A stretch of 64,000 nucleotides of DNA from Haliotis rufescens (Eukaryota). A program made the translations under genes and the position numbers. Positions 51,643 through 63,576 of the stretch are shown here, in pieces. Numbering within the stretch: the stretch's first letter is position 1; each line of letters begins with the position of its first letter. The notes under the pieces are model-generated. The model searched no databases, was not told where the DNA came from, and saw only the letters and a program-made list of their open reading frames with translations. The stretch covers positions 55,614,001 to 55,678,000 of the forward strand of contig NW_025964223.1 of the NCBI RefSeq assembly GCF_023055435.1. Reading direction: 5' to 3'.

Positions 51643-52071
51643 TAGGGCTGGGACGAGTCCGAATTTACTACCCGGGTACCCACTCCCCTATTACCCGACC
51701 CTACCCGGGTACCCTCTGTAGGTCTCAAGAGATAGGTACAAAATGTCCGATTGGGCATTTTCTTACCATAGCACTGGCAAAACGCATTTAGATACATGAA
51801 CATGTATTAAACAATCTGGTCATGCATACACTGAATTTGACTCAAATTATATCTTTATTAAAAGATATGAAAAGTCAGAATGAATGGGTGCATAGTCAGA
51901 AAGAAATACGGACATTCGTGACTTATAGTGAAAGCATAGAGTTCTAGATAAGATTTTGCCATTAAACAATATAATCACGTGAATAACCACTGGTCCGAGT
52001 AGTCCTGTGGGTACCCGGCCCTACTTAGTACCCACCCGACCCGGGTACCCGAATTACCCGTCCCAGCCCTA
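51643..52071. mobile_element. hAT-type MITE
   Basis: TIR TAGGGCTGGGACG and 8-bp TSD CTTTCTAT (51635-51642/52072-52079). Confidence 0.9.
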
Positions 52072-52425
52072 CTTTCTATCTATTAAGATGGGTGAGATAC
52101 TTTTCAGGTTCGATTAAGCTTTTAAACTCTTTATATATGTTATATCTTGAACTGTTTTCTATAATACTATTCCATGATTGATGACACCTATCAGTTGCAA
52201 ACTTTTTCTACAGTCTAAGAAAAGTAAATATATCTCCAACACACTAAGCAATCCATACAAATACAAATCCATGTGAAAACAATAAAGTGCGTATAGGAGT
52301 TGCATGGGTTTGGTGTCCACAATTATCATAGTACATAAGCATATCACAGGCTTTCTTAGGAATCCTATCATTGTGCATTTCGGTACGTTAAAGCCAGTAT
52401 TTTATACGACGACATGATGCATTTG

Positions 52426-52600
52426 CAGTAAACTACGGTTATAACGAACACGCTTATAACGAACTAACGGATATAACGAACTAACTTTTTAGTCCCGACT
52501 ATTTGCTGTAGTTATGCTGTATATATGCTTATAACGAATTACGGTTATAACGAACTAAAATTAGTAGTCCCTTTGTTTTCGTTATAACCGTAGTTTACTG
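52426..52600. mobile_element. Tc1/mariner-pogo-type MITE
   Basis: TIR CAGTAAACTACGGTTATAACGAA, internal ttataacgaa repeats, TA on the right flank. Confidence 0.85.
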
Positions 52601-53737
52601 TATATATAAAGGATATCGGCCACATTCATCATATACAATAACACTTGATGCTTTGGGACCAACGCTGAGACATTTCTTGCAAGCAATCAAATTGACTGTT
52701 TCAATCTTTTTAAATATGATGCCAAGGTTTGATTGAGGTATATATGTTTAGCAACAACGAGGATTATTCAGATATGTATTATTTGTAAAAGAACGGGAGA
52801 GTTGCGTCCCTTTTGTGTGGCAGGATCCGAGGTTTCTCACCTCAGATTCGCCCTGATTATGATCCTTGGTTGGTCAGCACCATACCCGTGATACAATATC
52901 GCGAAGTGTATGTAATTTGCTAATTAATAAGGTGTTTTATAAACGACTGTCATTTGGCAACATAATGTATCGGTCAAAACAAATATAGATGTAGAGGACT
53001 TAAGAAAATAACGGACGTATTTGTTACGACTAGTCGACTAAAATGAGGATTGGGTGGATGCAGTGTGTGACCCGACAGATTGTATGTCACCATACACAGA
53101 CGCCGTTGATCGTTGCTCTTGCTGTCAACCACTCGTGTGTCTGCATGGCCAGACTGGATTAGTATATAGATGACATGATACAGACGCGATATTGCTGACN
53201 NNNNNNNNNNNNNNNNNNNNNNNNNNNNNNNNNNNNNNNNNNNNNNNNNNNNNNNNNNNNNNNNNNNNNNNNNNNNNNNNNNNNNNNNNNNNNNNNNNNN
53301 NNNNNNNNNNNNNNNNNNNNNNNNNNNNNNNNNNNNNNNNNNNNNNNNNNNNNNNNNNNNNNNNNNNNNNNNNNNNNNNNNNNNNNNNNNNNNNNNNNNN
53401 NNNNNNNNNNNNNNNNNNNNNNNNNNNNNNNNNNNNNNNNNNNNNNNNNNNNNNNNNNNNNNNNNNNNNNNNNNNNNNNNNNNNNNNNNNNNNNNNNNNN
53501 NNNNNNNNNNNNNNNNNNAGTACTGCTATGTAATATCAGGCAACAAATACGTCATTTTTATCCTAACTGTGTCAGTGGCGGGTGCTGCCGGTAGAGCAGA
53601 ACACCCTTTACGCGAACACCTGGTGTCATCACTGATTTTCAGTGATCCATTCATATAGTTTTCACCGCTATTTTGCCTTCTACCCCCAACAGAATCTGTT
53701 TCGTCGGATAAGCGAGACATATACTTACACCACGTAC

Positions 53738-53816
53738 CTGAGTAAGTCTGTGTGGTTCTCGTTGTAACAGGATAATGATGTCTATGGAAGAGTGAACAAC
53801 TTGCGCCACTTTTATA
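53738..53816 (-). promoter_or_regulatory. Putative gene F TATA box and non-coding exon 1
   Basis: TATAAAA on the minus strand at 53810-53816, donor CAG|GTACGT at 53738 (an alternative GTAAGT lies nearby). Confidence 0.5.
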
Positions 53817-53947
53817 CCAAGTATTGATGCTGGCTCATTTCCTTCTGGTCATGACAGAAACCGAAAATGCAGCAGAGGATCATGTCACGTATATTTGTAT
53901 ACATGAGTCAACTAGTTCCCGGAGAATTGTCCTCGACTCCATTAACT

Positions 53948-53981
<34 letters not shown>

Positions 53982-53998
53982 ACCACCACCCCACCCCC

Positions 53999-54029
<31 letters not shown>

Positions 54030-54879
54030 ACACACACCCCACCACCCATCCCACCCAACCCCACCACCCCAACCCCACTCACGTTACTCATGGTGTCGTC
54101 GTGCATGTACACTCCCTATTTCGTCTTTAATCTGTTTCAAGTTAGAAAATAGCAAATGAGTTATCAGAGGCCGTTTCCATCCCGTCTACATATTTACGTA
54201 TGCTATGAGGATATATCTTTCCTCATTTTATATCCATGTAGAATTTAATATGAAATTTCACATTGTTATAGAATTTAACACTAATGGTCATTTTATCTGG
54301 TTTGGTGACAAAATACACTGAAAACATAATCCGGCAGATCAAGTCAATCATAGATCGATTGAAAATGTTTTACAATGAAGAAACCCTAATAGGCATTACC
54401 CTCAGTGGCAAGTGAGTGAGTGATTATTGTTTAATGTCGCATCAGCTTCACAGCTTATGGCTGCACACAACAATATTCCAGCGATATAACGACGGTTTGT
54501 GAATAGTCGCGTTTGGGCCAGACAGTCCAGTGGTTGGCATCATGAGCATCCATCCACGCATGTGGGATGCGATGACACGCAACCAGCCAAGTTACTGCGG
54601 CTGACCACCCGATGTATTTAGTCGCCTCTTACGACACAGCACAGACTGCTGGGATCACTACTATGGATTACACGGGATCCCCATGGGTAGTTGATTAAGA
54701 TCGCCGAAATATTTCCAAATGGTTGGTTAATCCAGACGGTCTGTAAATAATCGAGTCTGGAAAAGACAATCGATCTGATCAAATTAACAGATCGAAATTA
54801 CGGTCTGTTTTACAACGAAAAGCTGGATTCCAAAAATGCTGGGCTGTATCAAATCAATTTGATTGTCTCAAGTTAAACG

Positions 54880-55330
54880 TTAATTTGATTATTCTTATTT
54901 CAGGTTTATTTGAATGTAATATTGGTGTACGTCAAGGGGGTGTGCTCAGCTCCTTTGTATTTTCTATATATATTAATGATCTATTAGGGGTGAACTATTA
55001 TCCAGGTATACCGTTTTATACCAAGCTAACGCATTTTTTCTTTTGTTATTCGCTGATGATGCCATTCTACTTTCTTATGTTAAATCTTGTCTCCAAAAGC
55101 GACTGTGTATTTTTTTTTTTTCGAAAATATATCATATGACAATACTTTAAACAAATCTCATGTTTATTTTTGAAAAAAATGAGTTGTTCTTTCAAAATTT
55201 GAAACTGTTTCTTTGATGTTAAACTCACTGAATGTGTTTCGTCATTTTAACATTTAAAATGTTTATTATTCAAAGTTATGTTTGGACTGGTAAATCTTGC
55301 ATCCACATTAATACATTTCGAATTGTTTGG
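54880..55330 (+). mobile_element. Degenerate LINE reverse-transcriptase fragment
   Basis: GVRQGGVLSSFVFSIYINDL followed by frameshifted LLFADDA. Confidence 0.7.
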
Positions 55331-55418
55331 GCACGGTTCAAGTATAGTACACATCGTTTAAATATCGAAACTGTCAGTAGAATAATATGCAATGTGCTCC
55401 CATGAATATATTGAAGAT

Positions 55419-55493
55419 GTGTGAGGTGAGGTGAGGTGGAATGGGGTTTAACGTCGCGTCCATGATTATTTCACTTATATAGCGACGTGCATG

Positions 55494-55524
<31 letters not shown>

Positions 55525-55830
55525 TTATGTGTGTGTGGCTGCTTGTGCTAGCTGATTTATAGTGCTAGCTCATTGAGATACCATGCCGCAGTTTAACATG
55601 AATACCCCACTCAGACACAGAACACTGAGTCCTTGTTTTAGCCCCTGAATGCTGAGCGCCAGACAGGGTAACAACAAGTACCATGTATGACGCGGCCGGG
55701 GATCGAGCCCCGGACCTTCCGCTCTTCGCTCCCCGGGCGGACACTCTGTGAAGCCCGTTCCTGGTGTCCCCCGACGTGATATTGCTGGAATATTGCTAAA
55801 AGTGGCGTAAAACCAAACTCACTCTCTCAC
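55419..55830. mobile_element. SINE family 4 (-) abutting a family-2 3' half (+)
   Basis: Family-4 match at 55419-55748; family-2 tail at 55750-55830. Confidence 0.75.
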
Positions 55831-55991
55831 TATCCCTTCAAAATTTTAATATGTTGATGTCTGCACACACAAAACTGCTGTCATAAAGTAATTAGGCACG
55901 GACATATTTCGTGCCTTTCATCACAGATCTAAAATGCTGTATTAAATGAATGATTGTAATGTCGATAATGCTATTGTCTATGGATACCCTA

Positions 55992-58252
55992 CACTCTAAA
56001 CCCAAGTGTTCTACTTCTGAACACTAGACAGAACACATGGATGTAACACTTTTAGAACGCGTCCAAGTGTTCTGAAAATATTCTGAACGTTGATGTTCTC
56101 GACCTAGAACAGGAGTGTTCTACAAACATATTTAGAACGCTTCAACGTGTTCTGACGATGTAACACTTTTAGAACGCCTGTAAAGTGTTCTGGACCGAGA
56201 TTCAGAACACTACATGTTCTCGGACACGTACTTCCACAGTACTGAAATGACAACTCATCGTGTGTTGTCGAATACAATTTACCCGATGTTTTTTCAAGGC
56301 GTAGGAATATGAACCATACACCCATACATATTCTCTGGCATAAAATCACACGGACGAAATTCTGAACTGCAACCATGAATTCTTTATTACATTTATTTGT
56401 CATGATCATGGATATTCAAGTCACTTAAATATGTTAGTCAGAGTTCTTCATGAAACATTACAAACTGTCATGTAGCAAAGTGAAGCATACTTCCATACTT
56501 AAGATAACTTAAGTGTCAAGTCTTTCACGAAGCGCAAGTACTTCGCAGATGTTTCTTGTGGGTAAATATCCCCAAGGACGTTGTTCGTAACAGCGACATG
56601 ACCATCGCATGCTTCAGGAAACTTCATGTCAAATACGACTCCGCAACATCCTACAACACCAAACATTTATTTGGTCATAGTCATATAGTTATCAAACTCG
56701 TACATATTACATAAGACATTATTCTAACAAATGTTCGTTAGTAAACGCAAGATTACCGTGACATTTGTTTCATTATTTATAGGTTGCAAAGTGTTTTGCC
56801 CAAAATGTTATTTGACAAAGTTATCACTTACTTGGATAAAGACTAGACCAAAATATACACAAGTACCTTCTTATTTGATCTGAAAAACCTTGTTTCTTTT
56901 CCTCCTTTGCGTAGACGTGTGCTGTGTGCAATAATTTCCAAGGATGGTACTGATTATCTGCAATGCAACCTGTAATAGAAACAACAAGACTCTTTTAAAA
57001 TATTTCACATAAAATAGCCCAAAACATGTCCTGTGAAGGTTTAATTCTTTTTGTTCATTACATACTTACCCTACTCTCTGCTGATTCGATGCATTGTCGA
57101 TGCATGCTGATCATGCCCTCGGATCCCAAATTTAGATCTTCAGAGATTTGTTGCATGAGATTTGTTGCCCGCTTCGTACTTTCAGGCGATTCATATAGAA
57201 CCTGAAATATATATTCATTTTATTTGAACATCATTCAAATAAACGGAAACTTTCAAAATGTCACAAGTGCAGTTTGGATTGGGATTTCATCTCACAATTT
57301 GCAAATAATGCTTGTGGAACAATGGCAGAAATGACGGTCAAAATGGCGGGGAATATGTCGTCTGCTATAAGTTTCGTAAGGGGCCGGTTTTACTTCGCAT
57401 GCAATCAGCATATGAATATATCGCCGAAATATTACACAATTTTAGGTAAGGATTAAATATGAAACAAAATTATTCCTAGATGGATACTTACCACAGATAC
57501 CCCTCAGATGATAGGAAATTGTAGCACCAAATACATGCTACGTCACGTCAGTTTCTCACATAACGGATGTGGTTCAGAGGACATGGGCAGCTTCGAATGC
57601 TAGTTAGATAAATAGAACCCCTATGTTCTATTAATGGAACACGTGTTCTCCCCTGTAACATTAGTGTGCTGCTTATCACTATAGAACATAGCAGAACACA
57701 TGCGTTCTAGGAGAGAACGCATGTGTTCAGCAAATAGACCGTATATGTTCCATAGCCCCCATAAAATATCCAGGTAAAATTAGCCATCAGAATGCCAGTG
57801 TTCTGATACACGTAAATGTCCCATAATGTTATTTCCATGTATTAGCAATGAGTTGTATTTCAGTAATGTTTCTTGTTGTATTTAGTCAGGCTACATATGA
57901 GTTATTATGAACACAAGGTATGCCATGTTTATAAACTATTTATCATTCATCAAACTCAAAATATGACACATTTTCTGTTTGACTTACCAATCTACCAGCC
58001 TCTCTTCTTCTCAAAAATAAATATTCCGAAAACACAAATATATGGTCGAATTTAAATTTGTCTAACAATAGTCAGTACATTATCTCTGCTAATGTGCATG
58101 GACTTCTCCCAGGAGAGAACACACGCGTTCTACAAAAGATCACAGGCGTTCAGCAATAGAACACTTGCTCCCCGAATAAGAACATTCGTATTCTGTGGCA
58201 GAACGTATGGACGCGTCCAGAGTTCTATATTAGAACACATAGATTTAGAGTG
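55992..58252. mobile_element. 2.26-kb DNA transposon with CACT termini (EnSpm/CMC-like), carrying degenerate exon-like segments on the minus strand
   Basis: TIR CACTCTAAAcccaagtgttcta / tagaacacatagaTTTAGAGTG, TA duplicated on both sides, many sub-terminal agaacac/gtgttct repeats. Confidence 0.75.
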
Positions 58253-58284
58253 TATACGTTAATGATTTGACATCTTTTTTACAG

Positions 58285-58529
58285 CGTGTGTGTGTGGCTG
58301 CTTGTACACTGAGATACCATGCCGCAGTTTAACATGAATACCCCAATCAGACACAGTATACTGACTCCGAGCTGACCAGCCCTTGTTTTAGCCCCCTAAT
58401 GCCGAGCGCCAGACAGGGTAACAACAAGTACCATCATTTAACGTCTTTTGGTATGACGCGGCCCGGGATCGAACCCCGGACCTTCCGCTCTCCAGGCGGA
58501 CGGTCTACCACTAGACCACGGAGGCGGTC
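58285..58529 (-). mobile_element. SINE family 4
   Basis: Family-4 match. Confidence 0.85.
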
Positions 58530-59128
58530 GCTTTTCCTCTGAACAATGGGGCGATGGCTTACACTCATGAATAAAGCACGAATGAAATACACATGGACTT
58601 AACAAAACTGCGGGGCAAAAGAAAGCATACACCCACGTGTGATGGTGGCATAAATAAAACAAACAAGTAATGGTTACTCAGTGTATTTGATACGGGTATC
58701 ACAGTTGAGTTTCAAACATTAAGCTTGCAGTGTTTCTGTGACTGTTTTCAACCGTTTTGATAACGTTTGTAATGTGTTGGTCAAATCCAGTTTTCAAGGG
58801 TATACTTTCTATTGCCGGGCAGTTTCTTATTAGTATTTACAAATCGTCAGATCGGTTTAAATTTAAACAAGCTAAATATATCTCTGTCTAATGTTAATGA
58901 GGCATGTTCTTGAAATGTAGTTCCGCCAGCCAGTCCCAACATATGACAGTCATCTATATATAACTGTCTTAAGCTGAAAGACTAAAACTGGTCAACGTTA
59001 TTTCTGGTTATGGTATATTCATTCATCGATTCTGTCATCGGGAAGGAAGTACATGCGATAGTCACTCTTAGGCTAAATACCACCGAAATGACTGAAATAT
59101 TTCCTGGAAGACGCGCGTTACATTTGCA

Positions 59129-59219
59129 TATAAAGAAGGGGTCAGTTTATCGTCCGTCAGTCTGTCATGAAGGTAACTTACAGATAACTCTCACACACGA
59201 AGCTGCGCCGATCACAAAG
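59129..59219 (+). promoter_or_regulatory. Putative gene G TATA box and non-coding exon 1
   Basis: TATAAA 59129-59134; exon contains gaagctgcgccgatc (compare gene E gaagctgcaccgatc); donor AAAG|GTAGGA at 59219/59220. Confidence 0.55.
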
Positions 59220-60920
59220 GTAGGAGACTTCTGCGTTCTTTATTGGAGTGCAGTTTCTATTATCCTGTCTCGGTGTGCTAAAACTTTCATTCATTCATTC
59301 ATTCATTCATTCATTCATTCATTCACTCCGTTTTATATTTCCCCATAAGGACAGTATTATAGAGTATGTTAAAGTGTCCATGATACACATTGTGCCTACA
59401 CCTACACCTTGTGGGTTACACACAACAAAATGTTTTCCCATAGACTTCTGTAGTAACGTTATATTTTTTTTTAAATAACTAAGCATTCAACAGCTATTAC
59501 CTGTATGTGTGTGCACAGTTTGGCCTTAGAGCAGCAATAAAAAAATAAAAAATGACCAGCTTAGCCAGCTCCTTTTCCGAGTACAGGAAGCTAAATACAC
59601 CATCCCCAGTTTCGCACCAAATGTCACCTACTTGAAAGTAGCTGTGGTCACATTCAGCATAAGTCATCATGTTGAAATAGACAGTACTAAATATAGAAAA
59701 ACATGGTCACTTTTAATAACTGGATGGATGTACATTTGAAAGACATAAAAATCTTACAGAATATCCTCCAATCACAGCCTGCAGATATCTCTCGATCTGC
59801 ACTGAAAACCGCACTGTCCAAACTAGTTCTGATTTGGTGTAGTAGCCGTCAGAATGCTTGTAAATATGAAATATTAACTGCCGAGAATAACCAGTCTCGA
59901 TTATCCTCCCGAACAGATTCCATTGGGTGTAATATGCAAAATAGCGGTGAGAACAACATGAATGGGTCACTGAAAACCTTTCATCCGACCAATCAGACCG
60001 TCGCTTAGGAGATTGCGAAAATGAAAGTCCGAATGTAATCATACGTATACGACCTCGAAAATGTTAATGCGCAACATTCCGAACGACAGTTACCGGCTTT
60101 ACGAGTTTTGGGTAATAATAATCCTGTATGTGGGTGCTAAAGGTCTCATTGCCGATATTTTCATATTTTTTTATATTATCCAATTTCTTTGAATAATTTA
60201 TGTTCATCAATGTTTACTAGTTCTACATCCAAGTCTACCTCTGTGTAAGATCTGTGTGTTAAAGCATGATCTCAGTTTAGAGACTCACAAAAGCCAAATA
60301 TGAAACCTTCCAGGAATTACTAACGACTTTATTTTATATCAATGTAATTCTGTGGTCCTTACACATCTGTCTCCAAAGGCGCTTAAACCATTCATTCACT
60401 CTCCAAAGGCCCCGGGATCATTCGTTCACGAGGGACAGATTATCCGTAATTAAGTGCTTCGGGCAGCGTACTCTCTATATATTACTTATTGTCATGTTAG
60501 GATAGAAAATGTAGAATTACGCCCGAAATATCAACACTACCACGTCAGTGAAGTTAACATATTGTTATGATGATGTAATGTTATCCATTTGTGCGGTCAT
60601 GAACAATGACCCCATTTCGTACTATCCTCAATAACGACTGCAATGTGACGTCATATCGCTTCAACTGACCAATAAGCATTGAGAACAGCTAAAATGTGCA
60701 TCTGCTAAAACTGGATATCTGTTCCCTACTCACACACATGAGTCCCAAAGAGGGGCATTGGTTTGGTTTGTTGGTAAGGCCGCACTCAGTTATATGACGG
60801 TGGTCTGTAAATAATCGAGTCTGAACCAGACAATCCAGTGATTAATATCATGAGCATCGATCTCCACCTCAAACCTCCGTGGGTTGCCTTTGAGCGGCAC
60901 ATCCTGCTCGCGCTTGTACG

Positions 60921-61186
60921 TTTGTTTGTTTGTTGTTTAACGCCGCACTCAGCAATATTCCACCTATATGACGGCGGTCTGTAAATAATCGAGTGTGGAC
61001 CAAGACAATCCAGTGATTGACATCATGAGCATCTATACACGCAATTGGGATACGATGACATGCATCAACCAAGTCAGCGAGCCTGACCACCCGATCCCGT
61101 TAGTCGCCTTTTACGACAAGCATAGTCACCTTTTACGGCAAGCATGGGTTGCTGAAGACCTATTAGAACCCGGATCTTCACGGGTC
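60921..61186 (-). mobile_element. SINE-like family 3 (partial copy also at 60762-60860)
   Basis: Family match. Confidence 0.88.
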
Positions 61187-61336
61187 AGCAAAGGGGCAGG
61201 TCAGCCGAAACTGCTGAAGCAGTAGGCGCCTCTTAAACACCTAAAGCAGCAGCAACAACACTCTTCTCATAGGGGTAATGTTATCCATTCTGGGTTGGTG
61301 GGTCCATTCGGTTCCATGTTATCTGGCGATACGTGG

Positions 61337-61483
61337 GTGAGTGAGTTTGGTTTTACGCCGTTTTTAGCAATATTCCAGCAATATCAGGAATGGGCCTCAC
61401 ACATTGTACCCATATTGGGAATCAAACCCGGGTCTTCGGCGTGACGAGCGAACGCTTTAACCACTAGGCTACCCGACCACCCC
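61337..61483 (-). mobile_element. SINE family 2
   Basis: Family match. Confidence 0.85.
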
Positions 61484-61949
61484 TCTAACGATACGAAAAT
61501 GAATAGATCTATGGTTTGACGATAAGGAACCATTTTTATTTTCAGGGGGTTGGTTAGGCCTTAAAATGCAATGAGACTTCTTTGACACGAGGTTTCACTG
61601 TCCAGGGGATATTTCTACGTGAATTGTGTAATCATCACAGCTGGTATTAACATTTTTTAACAATATCTTTATATTGTATTTCATATTGTCGCCAAACGTT
61701 TATGTTGCATTGCTCTGTCATATGCGATGTTGTGATGTAAATACATGGGGAAACATAAGCAGCGCAATATTTAATCGTATCCTGTATTACTTTTCTGACG
61801 AAACGCTACTATTTTGGCCTAAAGAGTGACAAACTCATACTGTAATACAGACACCAAAATTTAGTATCTAATAAAATGTTTTTTACTCTTCTATGGCAAT
61901 AATTATTGGATTATACTTTCAGTTGTTTTCTCTACTTCTTAGCAACGTT

Positions 61950-62243
61950 AGGGGCAGGAGATGCCCAGTCGTCTGAGGCACCGCAATTCGCTGTGCAGAG
62001 TTGCGTCCCCTGGGTATACCAGAAACCTATAATTGCAGGTGCGAATCCTGGTCAGCCCCGAATATGTTTTGAGAGCACCATACCCGTGCTCGTGGGTTTC
62101 CCCAAAGTTGTAGACTAACGAGACTCACCACTTCGGGTCTTCCTCCCACATTAAGCTGACACGCCGTGCTAAAACTGGAATACTTTGTTACAGCGGCGTT
62201 AAACCCAACTCACTCACTCACTCACTCACTCACTCACTCACTC
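61950..62243 (+). mobile_element. SINE family 1
   Basis: Family match with a long (ACTC)n tail. Confidence 0.85.
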
Positions 62244-62925
62244 TAAGCAACATAACTAGTGTAGGTCTCAGTACTGGACCGTCTGGAGACATGCACTGTT
62301 CTCATATCAACTTTTATCTCATTCTGTATTTTACTTTACAAATGATTACAAGAAACTTTGACGCGCTGACCATCGTGTCAACCCTGTGTCATCATTAACT
62401 CTTATTTTATTATTGTTGTTTCAATGCATTTGTTGCTTCAATTTCTATTTGGAATTATTACTTTTTCACATACGAGGACATTACATTATACATGCATATT
62501 ATTATTATTATTATTATTATGTACAGATTAAAATAAAAAATGCAGCAAAGAAGGTTTGGGTGATCCTGGCACTGTCAGGCTGGTTAGGCTCATCATCAGC
62601 TCAGGGCCCTTGCCCCCTCTACACACAGCCCAGACAGCGAATGGGAGTTCTCTGCATTACCCAGATTGTCAGAAGGGCTGTATTCCTGGTAGCAACCCCG
62701 GGTACTCTCCCAATGTCAGTCAGCAGATTGGGAGGTACCAAACCTAAGGCACCGAGAACAAATGGAGAATGGAACAAATTGGTACTTGGGATGCAAGCGT
62801 GACATTTCGAAAGCGAAGTCTGCATATTTGCCATGTTTTTCAATCACATTTGCGTCAAAAGGGACAGAAAACTCAATAACATAAATGATTTCATTGGATT
62901 TATCATTATTATTATTCCAGCAACC

Positions 62926-63576
62926 ATGGTGACCCTTTACTGCACATTGCTCCTCCTGACTCTGACGTCAACACAGGCCACAGGGACATATATGACGTCA
63001 AAGTCTGATGATGTCATCATCCCATCCACCAATGACGTCACAGAAACACAAACCGGCCCTGATGAGGACAGCAGAATACCCTTCCACCGAGACATCCGAT
63101 CTCCTAAAAGATTTCTACCCAGCGCAAGAAAAGTAATTAAAACACTTAAAGTTCCTTTGGTGAAAAACACTTCCATATACAAGAAAGCAACATCCCAAAG
63201 TAATTTCTTTCTGACAAGATTTCGAAATAGCGCCAAGAAAGTAAAATTTCAAAACAGATTGTCACACCTCTTCAGGGCCGCTAAAGCTGGGTCGAACACA
63301 GCACGACTGTCTCTGAGATCCTTGGTGCCAACCCTTCTGGGTTTCGGCACAGCAGGCGCTGGCCTTGCGACGGCCATTTCCCAGTTACTGACAGTTACGA
63401 GAGACCAACCCGCCCAGAAACTCCCCAGCGTGTCTCCTCTTCAGCCTCATGAGATAGAGTCCTTGTTGCAAGGACTCGGGGCACCTACTTCCGGCTCTGG
63501 CGCAACTGTCAGAAAGAATGCTGTATTCGTGACTATTCTGAGTGCATTCCTGTGCACAGTTGTTTATCATGACTGA
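62926..63576 (+). CDS. Gene G, single coding exon, 216-aa precursor: signal peptide, acidic pro-region, RDIR/PKR sites, highly cationic region, Gly/Ala-rich hydrophobic segment, GPI-signal-like tail
   Basis: ttccag|caaccATGG (acceptor plus Kozak context); MVTLYCTLLLLTLTSTQA; ends SGSGATVRKNAVFVTILSAFLCTVVYHD*. Confidence 0.82.
   Translation: MVTLYCTLLLLTLTSTQATGTYMTSKSDDVIIPSTNDVTETQTGPDEDSRIPFHRDIRSPKRFLPSARKVIKTLKVPLVKNTSIYKKATSQSNFFLTRFRNSAKKVKFQNRLSHLFRAAKAGSNTARLSLRSLVPTLLGFGTAGAGLATAISQLLTVTRDQPAQKLPSVSPLQPHEIESLLQGLGAPTSGSGATVRKNAVFVTILSAFLCTVVYHD

Noticed and set aside
53824-54159. Poly-proline ORF
   Set aside because: It derives from a poly-C/(CA)n low-complexity tract.
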